A DNA stretch of 64,000 nt. Origin: Isurus oxyrinchus (lineage: Eukaryota). The stretch covers positions 166,222,001-166,286,000 of the forward strand of contig JANJGN010000009.1 in NCBI GenBank assembly GCA_026770705.1. The letters run 5' to 3'. Position 1 is the stretch's first letter, and the number at the start of each line of letters is the position of its first letter. The notes under the pieces were generated by a model that saw nothing but the letters and a program-made list of their open reading frames with translations, had not been told where the DNA came from and did no database searches. This document shows, piece by piece, positions 1 to 28,110 of the stretch. The position numbers and the translations under genes are program-made.

Positions 1-1011
1 GGAGGGGCAGGATTGGCAACTCAACGTTCCGGGATACAGAATCTTCAGGCGAGAGAGGGGAGTGAGTAAAAGTGGAGGTGGCATTGCATTATTAGTTAAG
101 GAGACAGTTACTGCAGTAAGGAGAGATGATATCTTGGACAGGGCATCGAATGAATCTTTGTGGGTAGAGCTAAGGAGTTAAAAAGGGGCAGTCACATTGT
201 TAGGTGTTTATTATAGACCCCCAGATAGTCAGCGGGAAATTGAGGAGCAAATATGTGCACAATTTGTGGAGGTGTGTCAAAACAAAAACAATAGGGTAAT
301 TATATAATGTGGTTTCAACTTTCCCAACATTAATTGGGGTACACATTGTGTTAAGGGCTGGGATGAAGTGTATTTCTTGAAATGTGTACAGGAGAACTTT
401 TTTGGTCAATATGTAGAGGGTCCAACAAGGGACAGCGCAGTGCTGGACCTAATTCTGGGGAATGAAGCTGGACAGGTGGCTGAGGTGGTGGTGGGGGAGC
501 AGTTTAGTGATAGCGATCACAACATGGTAGAATTTAAGCTTGTTATGGACAAAGAAATAGACAAGTTGCAAAAAAATGTTTTGGACTGGGAGAGATGGAT
601 AATAGTATAATAAGGCAGGATCTGGCCAAGGTAGACTGGGAACAGCTACTTGTGGGGAAATCTACAGAGGAGCAGTGGGGGGTGTTCAAAAAGGATCTGG
701 GGAGGGTACAGGCTCAACATGTTCCCTCTAGGGTGATAGGAAGGAGTCACAAGCCCAGAGCACCATGGATGACCAGAGATATTCAGGTTACGATGAGAAG
801 GAAAAGAGAAACTTTCAGCAGGTACAAGGGAAGCAAATCAGCAGAGGCATTCGTGGAGTGCAGAAAATGCAGGGTGGAGTTTAAGAAGGCAATTAGGAGA
901 GCAAAGAGGGGACATGAGAAAGCTCTTGTTGGTAAAAGTAGGGAAAATTCCAAGATATCCTATAAGTATATCAATGGGAAGAGCATAACTAGGGAAAGAG
1001 TCGGACCCATA
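1..1011 (+). mobile_element. CR1-clade LINE fragment (APE endonuclease and linker of ORF2), decayed
   Basis: ORF pieces QYVEGPTRDSAVLDLIL...SDHNMVEF and PWMT...KYINGKSITRERVGPI. Homologous to 35461-36472 and about 55496-56506. Confidence 0.85.
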
Positions 1012-1954
1012 ATAAATCCTTCCATGCCCCTCCTAATGCTCATGTGGTGAATGCTGATTCACTTTGGTGCTTCAAATGAGCTGCATCTGTTCGAGGCTGG
1101 GTTCGAGATCACCTTGTACTAAAAAGTAATCCAAGTCCAGATCAATGTGTGTTCCAGGTTAAATGGGTGAGAGAGGAATTTTTCATTTTTTATTTGCTGA
1201 GTTTATATTTAATTTGTTCCCTCTCCCCAGAGATTACATGGTTCCAGATGGACAGGGAAAGTCTGTACCGTGAGGCATAAGGCATCACAACTCCACGGCC
1301 AGGCTAAATCGACCAGTTGGGCTTTTCCAGTTTTTGGAAAAGAAATAAATGATACATGTACTTTGATAAAGGCAGGTAAGCAGGATTTTTCACCACTGAA
1401 AATGCAGAGGCAAAGATTTACTTGGATACCATACAGGTAATTCTCAAGTTTGTTCCTGGTAGCTTATTATATTGTTTTGTCTGTTACTGATGTAAAACCA
1501 TTTGCATTCTCCCAAAATAGATTCTTCACCAGCTGAATGTGGGTACTATGCTGGCATGTTTCCAAACCAGTGGAATCTGTCCATGACTCTTTTGTTTTAA
1601 AGCCTTTAAGGCAGCAGAAAGCTTCCATCTCATTAAAGTTGAAATCCATATACACATTGGATTATTGGGTTGGAAGTTATCATTTCCAGTGAATACTTCA
1701 AGAAACTAAACTTTAACAGCGACTTGTCTTTCAGATGCTGATCTCCTGTGCATTCCTGATATTTGATACATTTAATTTCATCACATCTTGGCTCAGAATT
1801 TGCAGTAGTAGTAACAGTGATGCTGCCAGTGCTTGCTATTATTAGTGTCAAGCTGACAGCAACGTCTGGTATTCGCATCTGCACAGTTAAACGTGTAAAT
1901 CAGGAAGTTGCTGTCAGTGATACGCTGCTTTGCCACAGGCTGCATTGCTGCAGT

Positions 1955-2122
1955 CTCTACAGGGTTATACTCATTGAAGTTTAGAAGAATGAGAGGTGAT
2001 CTTATTGTAGCATAATAAGATTCAGAGGGGGATTGACAGGGTAGATGTTGAGAGGATGTTTCCTGTCATGGGGAATCTGGAACTATGGAGCACAGTTTCC
2101 TAATAAAAGACATCTCCCATTT
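1955..2122 (+). mobile_element. Short CR1 RT C-terminal fragment
   Basis: GLYSLKFRRMRGDLI...RGIDRVD-like sequence. Homologues at about 37420-37583 and a longer copy with 3' UTR at about 57455-57890. Confidence 0.7.
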
Positions 2123-2610
2123 TGCAAGCGGCTCATTGCCTCAGGAGAACATTTAGAAGTTACATCTTTTTAATAAAATATTTCTAAAGTTTTAGTTCTG
2201 ATACTTATGATTCTCCCTTAACTCCATAAGCATCTCTCAGTTTGTACATTGCTTTTTGTACTTTGATTTAAATATGTGTTATATTCCCTCTGTTTTACTT
2301 CCTGCATTGCTGCCTGTGACAATTCTTCAATCAGATTGGGTGATCAGCCTGCCTTTGCCTGTCCTATCTCTGGATGCAACAGATCCACTGCTAACGGTCC
2401 CAAATTGAAACCGACATTGGGAAAGAGGATATCTACATTCCAGAGCTGATCAAATCTATGTGGATAACTTTTGTTAAGGACGTGGACGATGCTGTCCCAT
2501 TACAGCTGACTTGAAAATATGTGTGATTGCTTCTTACAATCTTGGGAAACATTGCCGACCATTTTAGAATATCTAGACCAGGGTGCACTGAAATTCAATC
2601 TGAAATGGAG

Positions 2611-3150
2611 ATCACAGAATCATCGAACTTTAATGGCACAGAAGGAGGCCATTCCACCCATCGTGTCTGCAGTGGCTCTGCAAATGAGCATTATGACCTA
2701 GTGCCATTGCCCTGCCTTTTCCTCATAACCCTGCATATTGTTTCTATTCAAATCATCATCTGATGTCCTCTTGAATACCTCGATTAAACCTCCCTTCACA
2801 AAACTTGGAGGCAGTGGATTCCAGACCCGACCCACTTGTTGTGTAAAAAAAGCTTTATCTCACTTGATTCTTTTGAAAATCATTTTAAACAGTGCCCTCT
2901 CGTTCTTGATGCTTTTATGAGCGGGAATGGCTTGTCCCCATCTACTCTGTCCAGCCCCCTCATGATTTTGAAATCTCCATCAAATCTCCTCTTCGCCTTC
3001 TTCCCTCCAAGGAGAACAGCCACAACCTCTCCGATCTATCTTCGTAGCTGAAATTTCTCTTCCTCGGAAACATAATTGTAAGCCTTTTCTGCACTCTCTC
3101 CAATGTGTTCACATCCTTCCTATAATGTGGGGCCCAGAAGTACACACAAC
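2611..3150 (-). mobile_element. CR1 LINE 3' end, 5'-truncated
   Basis: FWAPHYRKDVNTLERVQKR...LFSLEGRRRRGDL on the minus strand, with 3' UTR and short repeat tail. Homologues at about 38072-38612 and 58402-58945. Confidence 0.85.
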
Positions 3151-3873
3151 GCTCTTGTACACTATGACATAATATCCAGCATCTTGAATCAATGGGATCT
3201 TGTATTAGAATTATTCTGAGATTTAAATAGAACCAGAACGAGACTTCATCAGGCCACTTCCAAATTTCAAAGGATATTGTTCAACAACCACTTCTCATGT
3301 GATCTACAAATTCCTACCTGTGTTTGGCAAATTTGAAATGAGTGGATCACCTCACAATACAGTTCAAATGTGAAATGAATTCAGGCTCCACCACACACAG
3401 AAGTCAATGGAACAAGAAACAGGAAAACTGGGAGTATGCATTGCATGTTGATATTATATTGAACAACTTTAGGAACGATTGTAATGAAGAGAAAAGGAGA
3501 GAAAAGGCTGCTGTGTGATGTTAGGATCACATTTACTTTAAATCAGGTTTCACTGCAGAGGTCATCCACATTCAGCAGAAATGTGTATGTCACTGGAGTG
3601 AATCACTGCACCAATAATATATCACGGCTGAATTTCAGAACCAAACGATAACTGAGTGAAAGTGCTACACAATCAGAGAGGGAATATAATTAGACTGTAA
3701 CAACATTCTCATTTCCAATCCAGAACCAGTGTCCTTAGTCTGTTCCTATAAAAACACACAGTGACAAGGCATTTCTTTAATTATTATTTCTATTTTCCTT
3801 GTTTTTCAGCTGTGATTTAGTGCAGAGTTCTGCTGAGCACGAAGCACAGCCAATTGCCAATTGTATACATTTG

Positions 3874-3879
3874 TTTATT
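3874..3879 (-). terminator. Polyadenylation signal AATAAA, copy 1
   Basis: AATAAA about 130 nt after the stop. Also present at 18573-18578 (copy 2) and 39343-39348 (copy 3). Confidence 0.55.
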
Positions 3880-4008
3880 GTTATTCAAGAGATGATGACT
3901 TCCTCTATTACACTCTGCAGCCAGGTGACAACTGCTGCACTGGAGAGTCATGTGATGGCTTAAAATGCAGATCAGGGTGTGCTTTTAATGAGAATACAGA
4001 TGAAGAAA

Positions 4009-11923
<7,915 letters not shown>

Positions 11924-11986
11924 CTTGCCAGTTGGGTTGGTTTGGAGACTCTACAGAACTTAAAGTTTGGGGCCTGAGCAGTAACA

Positions 11987-11992
11987 TTTATA
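11987..11992 (-). promoter_or_regulatory. TATA box, copy 1
   Basis: TATAAA on the minus strand 64 nt upstream of the ATG, in the same position in copies 2 and 3. WGATAR-like motifs follow within about 100 bp upstream. Confidence 0.7.
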
Positions 11993-12284
11993 CTCTCTCT
12001 GACCAAACTATTCCATTGTCACGAGGCCTCAGATATGATCATGCAGTATGATAATTAAGTATTAATGCACACATGATCAGTTTATCTCTAATATAATCTT
12101 TTTAGTTAAGGACAACCTTCAACCTAAGTGGTAAGTAATTAAGAGCATTTGGGTTATAACAAAACACTTTAAGTATTGTAAAAATCAGGCTAAAAACAAT
12201 TGTGTTAGAGACACAAAATATCAATATCACAAGAAGATAATTCACTGCTGGATACAACATTTAACCAGTTCATGTATGAGGCAC

Positions 12285-12672
12285 CCCATCCACAAACATT
12301 CACTCCCTCCACCACCAATGCACACTAGCAGCTGTGTGTTCCATCTGCAAGGAACTCACCAAGGCTCCTTAGACAGCACCTTCCAAAAGCATTAAATCTA
12401 CCATCATAAAGACAAGGGCAGCAGACACATGGGAGCACCACAAACGGGAAGTTCCCCTCCAAGCCACTCATCATCCTGACTTGGAAATATATTGCTGTTC
12501 CTTCACTGTTGCTGAATCAAACTCCTGGAACTCCATCCCTAAGAGCACTGTGGATGTACCTACACCACAGCGGTTCAAGAAGGCAGCTCACCACCAGCTT
12601 CTCAAGGGTAATTAGGGATGGGCAAGAAATGCTGGCCTAGCCAGCGGCGCCCACATCCCATGAACAATTAAA
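12285..12672 (+). mobile_element. 3' end of HER1-like shark LINE (CR1 clade)
   Basis: Ends in ...agggatgggcaagaaatgctggcctagccagcggcgcccacatcccatgaa, the tail shared with the adjacent SINE. Same family as 25361-27360. Homologues at about 28410-28800 and 48915-49302. Confidence 0.7.
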
Positions 12673-13082
12673 TCAAAGTTTGCCACTGCTGAGGTTGAAG
12701 AACCTCTGATGTTGAATTTCCTGGAGGGTACTAATTTATCATGCTTGCATTAAGTGGGCTCATTTGACAACATCAGTTGCAACAGTGATGCCCTGTTGAT
12801 TTAGAAAAATCATCTGACTCCAACAAGATAAGTTTTGCATTTAAAATTTTGAAATGTACTCTTTTGGGTGGAAATTTCACTTCAGAGTTATGGTGTGCTG
12901 CTTTAAAAGCCCTGATCTGGGACTTGGATATGTCATCTAGGCTTACACATTTTATGTCATGTTAAAATATGGATCTTCTGCGAGTTCAGGTGAAATTTAT
13001 CAAGGAAGATCAGATGGATTCACCAAGTGTTCGATCCAATATTTATCCCCTCATCCAACACCACCGAAAGAGATTTACTGTT

Positions 13083-13490
13083 ATTTTAAAATTTCTCCTT
13101 AGTGTATGTGCGTTACTGCAAGGCCAGTATTTGTTGCACACCCGTAATTGTCCTTGAGCAGGCGATGGTGAACCCCCTTATCAACTTTTCTGTAGTGGAG
13201 TGATAGAACTGAGCAGCTTGTTAGGCTATTTCAGATGCCTGAAATGCCTCAGACGGTAGTTGCGAGTCAACCATGTTGCTGTGCGGCTGGAGTCACATGT
13301 AGTCCAGACCAAGTAAGGACGGCAGATTCCCACACCTGAAGGGCGTTAGTAATTCAGGTAGGTTTTACACAGTAGTACAGAAGTCACATTATCATTTTTA
13401 ATTAGACAAGCGTTTTGTCTAATTTAAATTCAGCAACTTCCATGGTAGGATTTGAACTCATGACTCGGATGTATTGCTAGATCATGTCAC
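13083..13490 (-). mobile_element. HE1-type tRNA-derived SINE
   Basis: B-box gagttcaaatcc on the minus strand near 13450-13461, central ...ccttacttggtctggactacatgtgactccag..., and a LINE-derived tail. Homologues at about 29210-29612 and 49710-50140. Confidence 0.7.
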
Positions 13491-15561
13491 TGACCTCCCC
13501 ATCCTTGCATCCCCATCCCATTGTTGCAAGTCGGATTTTCCTGTGTACGACTGGCTGCTGCCTAAATGTACAAAGCAATTAGGCCCATGCTTGAGTATTA
13601 ACTTGTTCCTCCATGGCATTGTAATTGAATCCAGCATTTTCCAGCCCAAGAAATGGAAAAAGCCAAGCTTCCTGCTCCTGTTTATTATCCACTGGACTCT
13701 GTGGATTGTTGTATCCCTGGACATTGCAAACAGGCAAGATTACAAACTGCAATAACCATCATTGTGTCCAACAGCCCACTTGCATTCATTATAAATTCTC
13801 AGGTCGTGAAAGGTCATTTGGGTGAATTCAGCAATTACCAATAGAAGAGAAAGTCAACATTTGCTGATAATCTTTGGGAATTGAAGCCATAATGAAGAAT
13901 TCTGGGCAATCCCCATCATGCTCGGCTGTGGCAAGTGAACAGAGACAGCCTTTTGCCTATGTTTTCCTGCTGAATCATATCGTTGGTTACATCAACTTTG
14001 GGTACAATCTGTCACTTTGCCCAAAAACGTCTTGGGACTTTATTTTTCCACTCAGGAGGACCAATTCCCTTTACACATACCTGTGGACCGATAACAGCTT
14101 GATAACCTGTTGCACTTTTGGGAACGTATAATATTTAACTTGCTATTTCTTGCTCCAGTGCGTTTCCATTGTGTGCAATGACCCAACAAAGGCAGAGAAA
14201 TAGTTCAATGCCGGTCATGATAGGAGAACCTGTTCTTCCCAAAATTGCTTCTTTCATATGTGAGTAACTTATATGTTCTGCATTTTACCAATTTTGTTTA
14301 CCCAAGTTCAATGATCAGACTTTCAGTGAGACAGTGATGCAAAATATAGTGAGACTCCAGATGAATGAAGCTCTCTGTGCATTGACAAAAAAAGAGTTTC
14401 ATAAGTTTACAAGGAGCCAGGTGTATGTATAATACCAGGCTCCCCTTGTGGTGTAAACAAGATCATTGTTTAATATTTGTTCTTGTTATTTGAAATCATA
14501 ATGAGTTACTCTTTATCCAAACAATGCAGCAAAAACTGTTCCTCTGACATGTCCTCCTCCTTCTTCCTTAACCGAGGTTTTCCATCCACAGTCGTTGACA
14601 GGGCCCTCAACCGTGTCTGGCCCATCTCCTGTGCATCTACCCTCACGCCTTCTCCTCCCTCCCAGAAACATAATATGATCCCCCTTGTCCTCACTTATCA
14701 CCCCACCAGCCTCCACATTCAAAGGATCATCCTCCGCCATTTCCGCCAACTCCAGCATGATGTCAGCACCAAACACATCTTCCCTTCAAGACCCCTGTCG
14801 GCATTCCGTAGGGATCATTCCCTCTGGGACACCCTGGTCCACTCCTCCATCACCCCCTACTCCTCAACCCTCTCCTATGGCACCACCCCAAGCCCACGCA
14901 AAAGATGTAACACCTGCCCCTTCACTTCCTCTCTCCTCACCGTCCAAGGGCCCAAACACTCCTTTCAAGTGAACCAGCATTTCACTTGCATTTCCCCCAA
15001 CTTAGTCTACTGTATTCGTTGCTACCAATGCAGTCTCCTCTACGTTGGAGAGACCAAACGTAAACTGTGTGACTGCTTTGCAGAATACCTGTGGTCTGTC
15101 TGCAAGAATGACCCAAACCTCCCTGTCGCTTGGCAATTTAACACTCCACCCTGCTCTCTTGCCCACATGTCTGTCCTTGGCTTACTGCATTGTTCCAGTG
15201 AAGCCCAACGCAAAGTGGTGGAACAACACCTCATCTTCCGACTAGGCACCTTACAGCCTTCCGGACTGAATATTGAATTCAACAACTTTAGGTCCTGACC
15301 TCCCTCCCCCATCCCCACCCCCTTTCTGTTTCTTCCCCCTTCCTTTTGTTTTTTCCAATAATTTATATAGATTTTTCTTTTCCCACCTATTTCCATTATG
15401 TTAAAAATATTTTAAATCATTTATGCTCCCCCCACCCCCACTAGAGCTGTACCTTGAGTGCCCTGCCATCAATTCTTAATTAGCACATTCGTTTAGATAA
15501 TATCACCAACTTCAACACCTATGTGTTCTTTTGTTCTTTGGTCTGTGGCATTTTTGCTCCA

Positions 15562-15997
15562 CTTTGAATGTGGAGGCTGGTGGGGTGATAAGTGAGGACA
15601 AGGGGGATCATATTATGTTTCTGGGAGGGAGGAGAAGGCATGAGGGTAGATGCACAGGAGATGGGCCAGACACGGTTGAGGGCCCTGTCAACGACTGTGG
15701 ATGGAAAACCTCGGTTAAGGAAGAAGGAGGACATGTCAGAGGAACAGTTTTTGCTGCATTGTTTGGATAAAGAGTAACTCATTATGATTTCAAATAACAA
15801 GAACAAATATTAAACAATGATCTTGTTTACACCACAAGGGGAGCCTGGTATTATACATACACCTGGCTCCTTGTAAACTTATGAAACTCTTTTTTTGTCA
15901 ATGCACAGAGAGCTTCATTCATCTGGAGTCTCACTATATTTTGCATCACTGTCTCACTGAAAGTCTGATCATTGAACTTGGGTAAACAAAATTGGTA
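15562..15997 (-). repeat. Inverted duplication of 14286-14724
   Basis: Near-exact reverse complement (one 3-nt indel and rare substitutions). Absent from the homologous element at 50825-52149. Confidence 0.92.
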
Positions 15998-16129
15998 GCA
16001 ATTGTCCCTACAACCACACCACCCCTCTCCACTACTCTCCCCCCACCCACCGCACCACCCCCCCCTCAACCACCCCCCACCCGCCACCTTAAACCAACTT
16101 ATATTTCACCCCTCTCCTTGGATTCACCT

Positions 16130-16168
16130 AGTTCTGTCGAAGGGTCATGAGGACTCCAAACATCAACT
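16130..16168 (+). ncRNA. Degenerate hammerhead-like motif
   Basis: Same fold as 11214-11252, but GAAACGTC is mutated to CAAACATC. Confidence 0.4.
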
Positions 16169-16264
16169 CTTTTCTTCTCCGCCGATGCTGCCAGACCTGC
16201 TGAGTTTTTCCAGGTAATTCTGTTTTTGTTTTGGATTTCCAGCATCCGCACTTTTTTGTTTTTA

Positions 16265-16955
16265 TCGCTGAAGGTAAACATGCAGGTGCAGCAGGCGGTA
16301 AAGAGGGCAAATGGTATGTTGGCCTTCATAGCCAGAGGATTCGCGTTCAGGAACAGGGATGTCTTGCTGCAATTGTACAGGGCCTTGGTGAGAACACACC
16401 TGGAATATTGTGTGTAGTTTTGGTCTCCTTAACTGAGCAAGGATGTACATGCTATAGAAGAAGTGCAACAAAGGTTTACCCCTGGGATGGCGGGACTGAC
16501 ATATGAATAGAAATTGAGTCGATTAGGATTATATTTGCTGGAGTTCAGAAGAATGAGGGGGGATGTCACAGAAACCTATAAAATTCCAACAGGACTAGAC
16601 AGGGTAGATGCAGGAAGGATGTTCCCAATGGTGGGTGAGTCCAGAACCAGGGGTCATGGTCTGAGGACAAGGGGTTGGCCATTTAGGACTTAGATGAGGA
16701 GAAATTTCTTCACCCAGACAATGGTGAGGCTGTGGAATTTGTTACCATAGAAAGTAGTTGAGACCAAAATATTGTATGCTTTCAAGGAGTTAGATATAGC
16801 TCTTGGGGCGAAAGGGATCAAAGGGTATGGGGAGAAGGCAGCAGCAGGCTATTGAGTTGGATGATCAGCCATCATCATAATGAATGTTGGTGCAGGCTTG
16901 AAGTGCCGAATGACCTACTCATGCTCCTAGTTTTTATGTTTCTCTATGTTTCTAT
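16265..16955 (+). mobile_element. CR1 LINE 3' part
   Basis: QVQQAVKRANGMLAFIARG...LLQLYRALVRTHLEYCV and a tatgtttc tail. Homologue at 52152-52830; longer version at 31700-32800. Confidence 0.88.
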
Positions 16956-17794
16956 TTGTTAATATTTCATTCTAGTACACAATCCCTTACGACAACAAGC
17001 ATTGGAGTTCATAGTCCCACATCAAAGATTCAAGAACCACTTGTAGCTGTCAATTAAACTGTGAAATTGGCAGGCACTCTGCTATGATAATGAATGGTTG
17101 TGTAATCAGTCAGAAAGCACTAATCCAGTAATGACAACCCTCAGATTTTTGTCAACAGACAGAATGAAATATCAAGCAATCATTTTTTAATACACCAGGC
17201 AATTTTTTCAAAGATGTAAAGAGCAGGACCTTTAAATGCTTTGACACTTTTGACAGCTCCCCCTGACAGGTGTTTCTAACAATTTTAACAGGGCCCTTTG
17301 ACAGATCTATTGACAGTTCCAGTGAGGTTGACAGTTATGCGTTTATGCATTTTTAGACACATTTATGCCTCCTTTGAATAATTCCAAAGGGCACCTGACC
17401 TCCACCAAAGGTTTCTTGGGACCAGACCCAAAGGGGTACCTTACCACTCCAAAGAGGTACCCTGGCTATCCAAACGAATCCAAAGTTCAAGTATGATGTT
17501 ACCAGCTCCATTCTGCACAATTCAGGTTTCACACTACAAGGCTACCAAAATACCACTTCAGTGGAATCCAATTAATGACTTAAATAGCCAGTTGTCTCTG
17601 TAAAACATGCAGGCACGAAATACCCCCTGTCCCTGCAAAAAATGGGAATATTTGGGATTTGGGGGTGTGGGACTTATGATTCTGGCCAATTACTTGATTT
17701 TGCAACAACAGAGAGGCCTTACATTCTGTCACTTTGTGACATTTCTTACGTTCATTGCTATATGATCCCTCTGACATTGAAATCCTTAGTCAAT

Positions 17795-17983
17795 ATCACA
17801 GAATCACAGAATCACAGTGCATAAGAGATCCTTCGGCCCATCGAGGCTGCATCGTCACATGAGAAACACATGACCTACCTGCCTCATCCCATTTCCCAGC
17901 ACGTGGCCCATAGCCTCGAATGTTATGATCTGCCAAGCGCTCATCAAGGTAATTTTTAAACGATGTGAGGCAACCCGCCTCCA
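17795..17983 (-). mobile_element. CR1 3' tip truncated by a deletion
   Basis: Matches about 33649-33835, then jumps to sequence homologous to 38750 onward. Confidence 0.75.
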
Positions 17984-18707
17984 ACAACCACTTCTCATGT
18001 GATCTTCAAATTCCTACCTGTGTTTGGCAAATTTGAAATGAGTGGATTACCTCAAAAGACAGTTCAAATGTGAAATGAATTCAGGCTCCACCACACACAG
18101 AAGTCAATGGAACAAGAAACAGGAAAACTGGGAGTATGCGATACGTATTGATATTTATTGAACAATTTTAAGAACGATTGTAATGAAGAGAAAAGGAGAG
18201 AAAAGGCTGCTGTGTGATGTTAGGATCACATTTACTTCAAATCAGGTTTCACTGCAGAGGTCATCCACATTCAGCAGAAATATGTATGTCTCTGGAGTGA
18301 ATCACTGCACCAATAATATATCACGGCTGAATGTCAGAACCAAACGATAACTGAGTGAAAGTGCTACACAATCAGAGAGGGAATATAATTAGACTGTATC
18401 AACATTATCATTTCCAATCGAGAACCAGTGTCCTTAGTCTGTTCCTATACAAACACACAGTGACAAGGCATTTCTTTAATTATTATATCTATTTTCCTTG
18501 TTTTTCAGCTGTGATTTAGTGCAGAGTTCTGCAGAGCATGAACCACAGCCAATTGCCAATTGTATATATTTGTTTATTGTTATTCAAGAGATGATGACTT
18601 CCTCTATTACACTCTGCAGCCAGGTGACAACTGCCGCACTGGAGAGTCAAGTGATGGCTTAAAATGCAGATCAGGGTGTGCTTTTAATGAGAATACGGAT
18701 GAAGAAA

Positions 18708-28041
<9,334 letters not shown>

Positions 28042-28104
28042 CTTGCCAGTTGGGTTGGTTCGGAGACTCTACAGAACTTTAAGTTTGGGGCCTGAGCAGC
28101 AACA

Positions 28105-28110
28105 TTTATA
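28105..28110 (-). promoter_or_regulatory. TATA box, copy 2
   Basis: TATAAA on the minus strand 64 nt upstream of the ATG at 28041. Confidence 0.7.

Larger units (their letters stand above)
14524..16263 (+). mobile_element. Penelope-like retroelement, 5'-truncated (RT thumb, Cys-rich linker, GIY-YIG endonuclease, terminal repeat), interrupted by an inverted duplication
   Basis: ORF to 15298: IPLVLTYHP...RCNTCP...FTCISPNLVYCIRC..LYVGETKRKL...EQHLIFRLGTLQPSGLNIEF. Conserved R and H are replaced by C and Y, so decayed. Confidence 0.92.

Noticed and set aside
1012-1950. Recurrent short ORFs and gtaag-type donor-like sites in the spacer (also 36.5-37.4 kb and 56.5-57.4 kb) as a second gene
   Set aside because: No recognisable protein. 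The frames are broken differently among copies, and recurrence is explained by the duplication.
14477-15298. 273-aa ORF (and 272-aa ORF 50778-51596) as a stand-alone or domesticated GIY-YIG nuclease gene
   Set aside because: The start is a non-ATG codon in host flank read through into a 5'-truncated Penelope ORF. The unit-1 copy has lost conserved residues, consistent with neutral decay.
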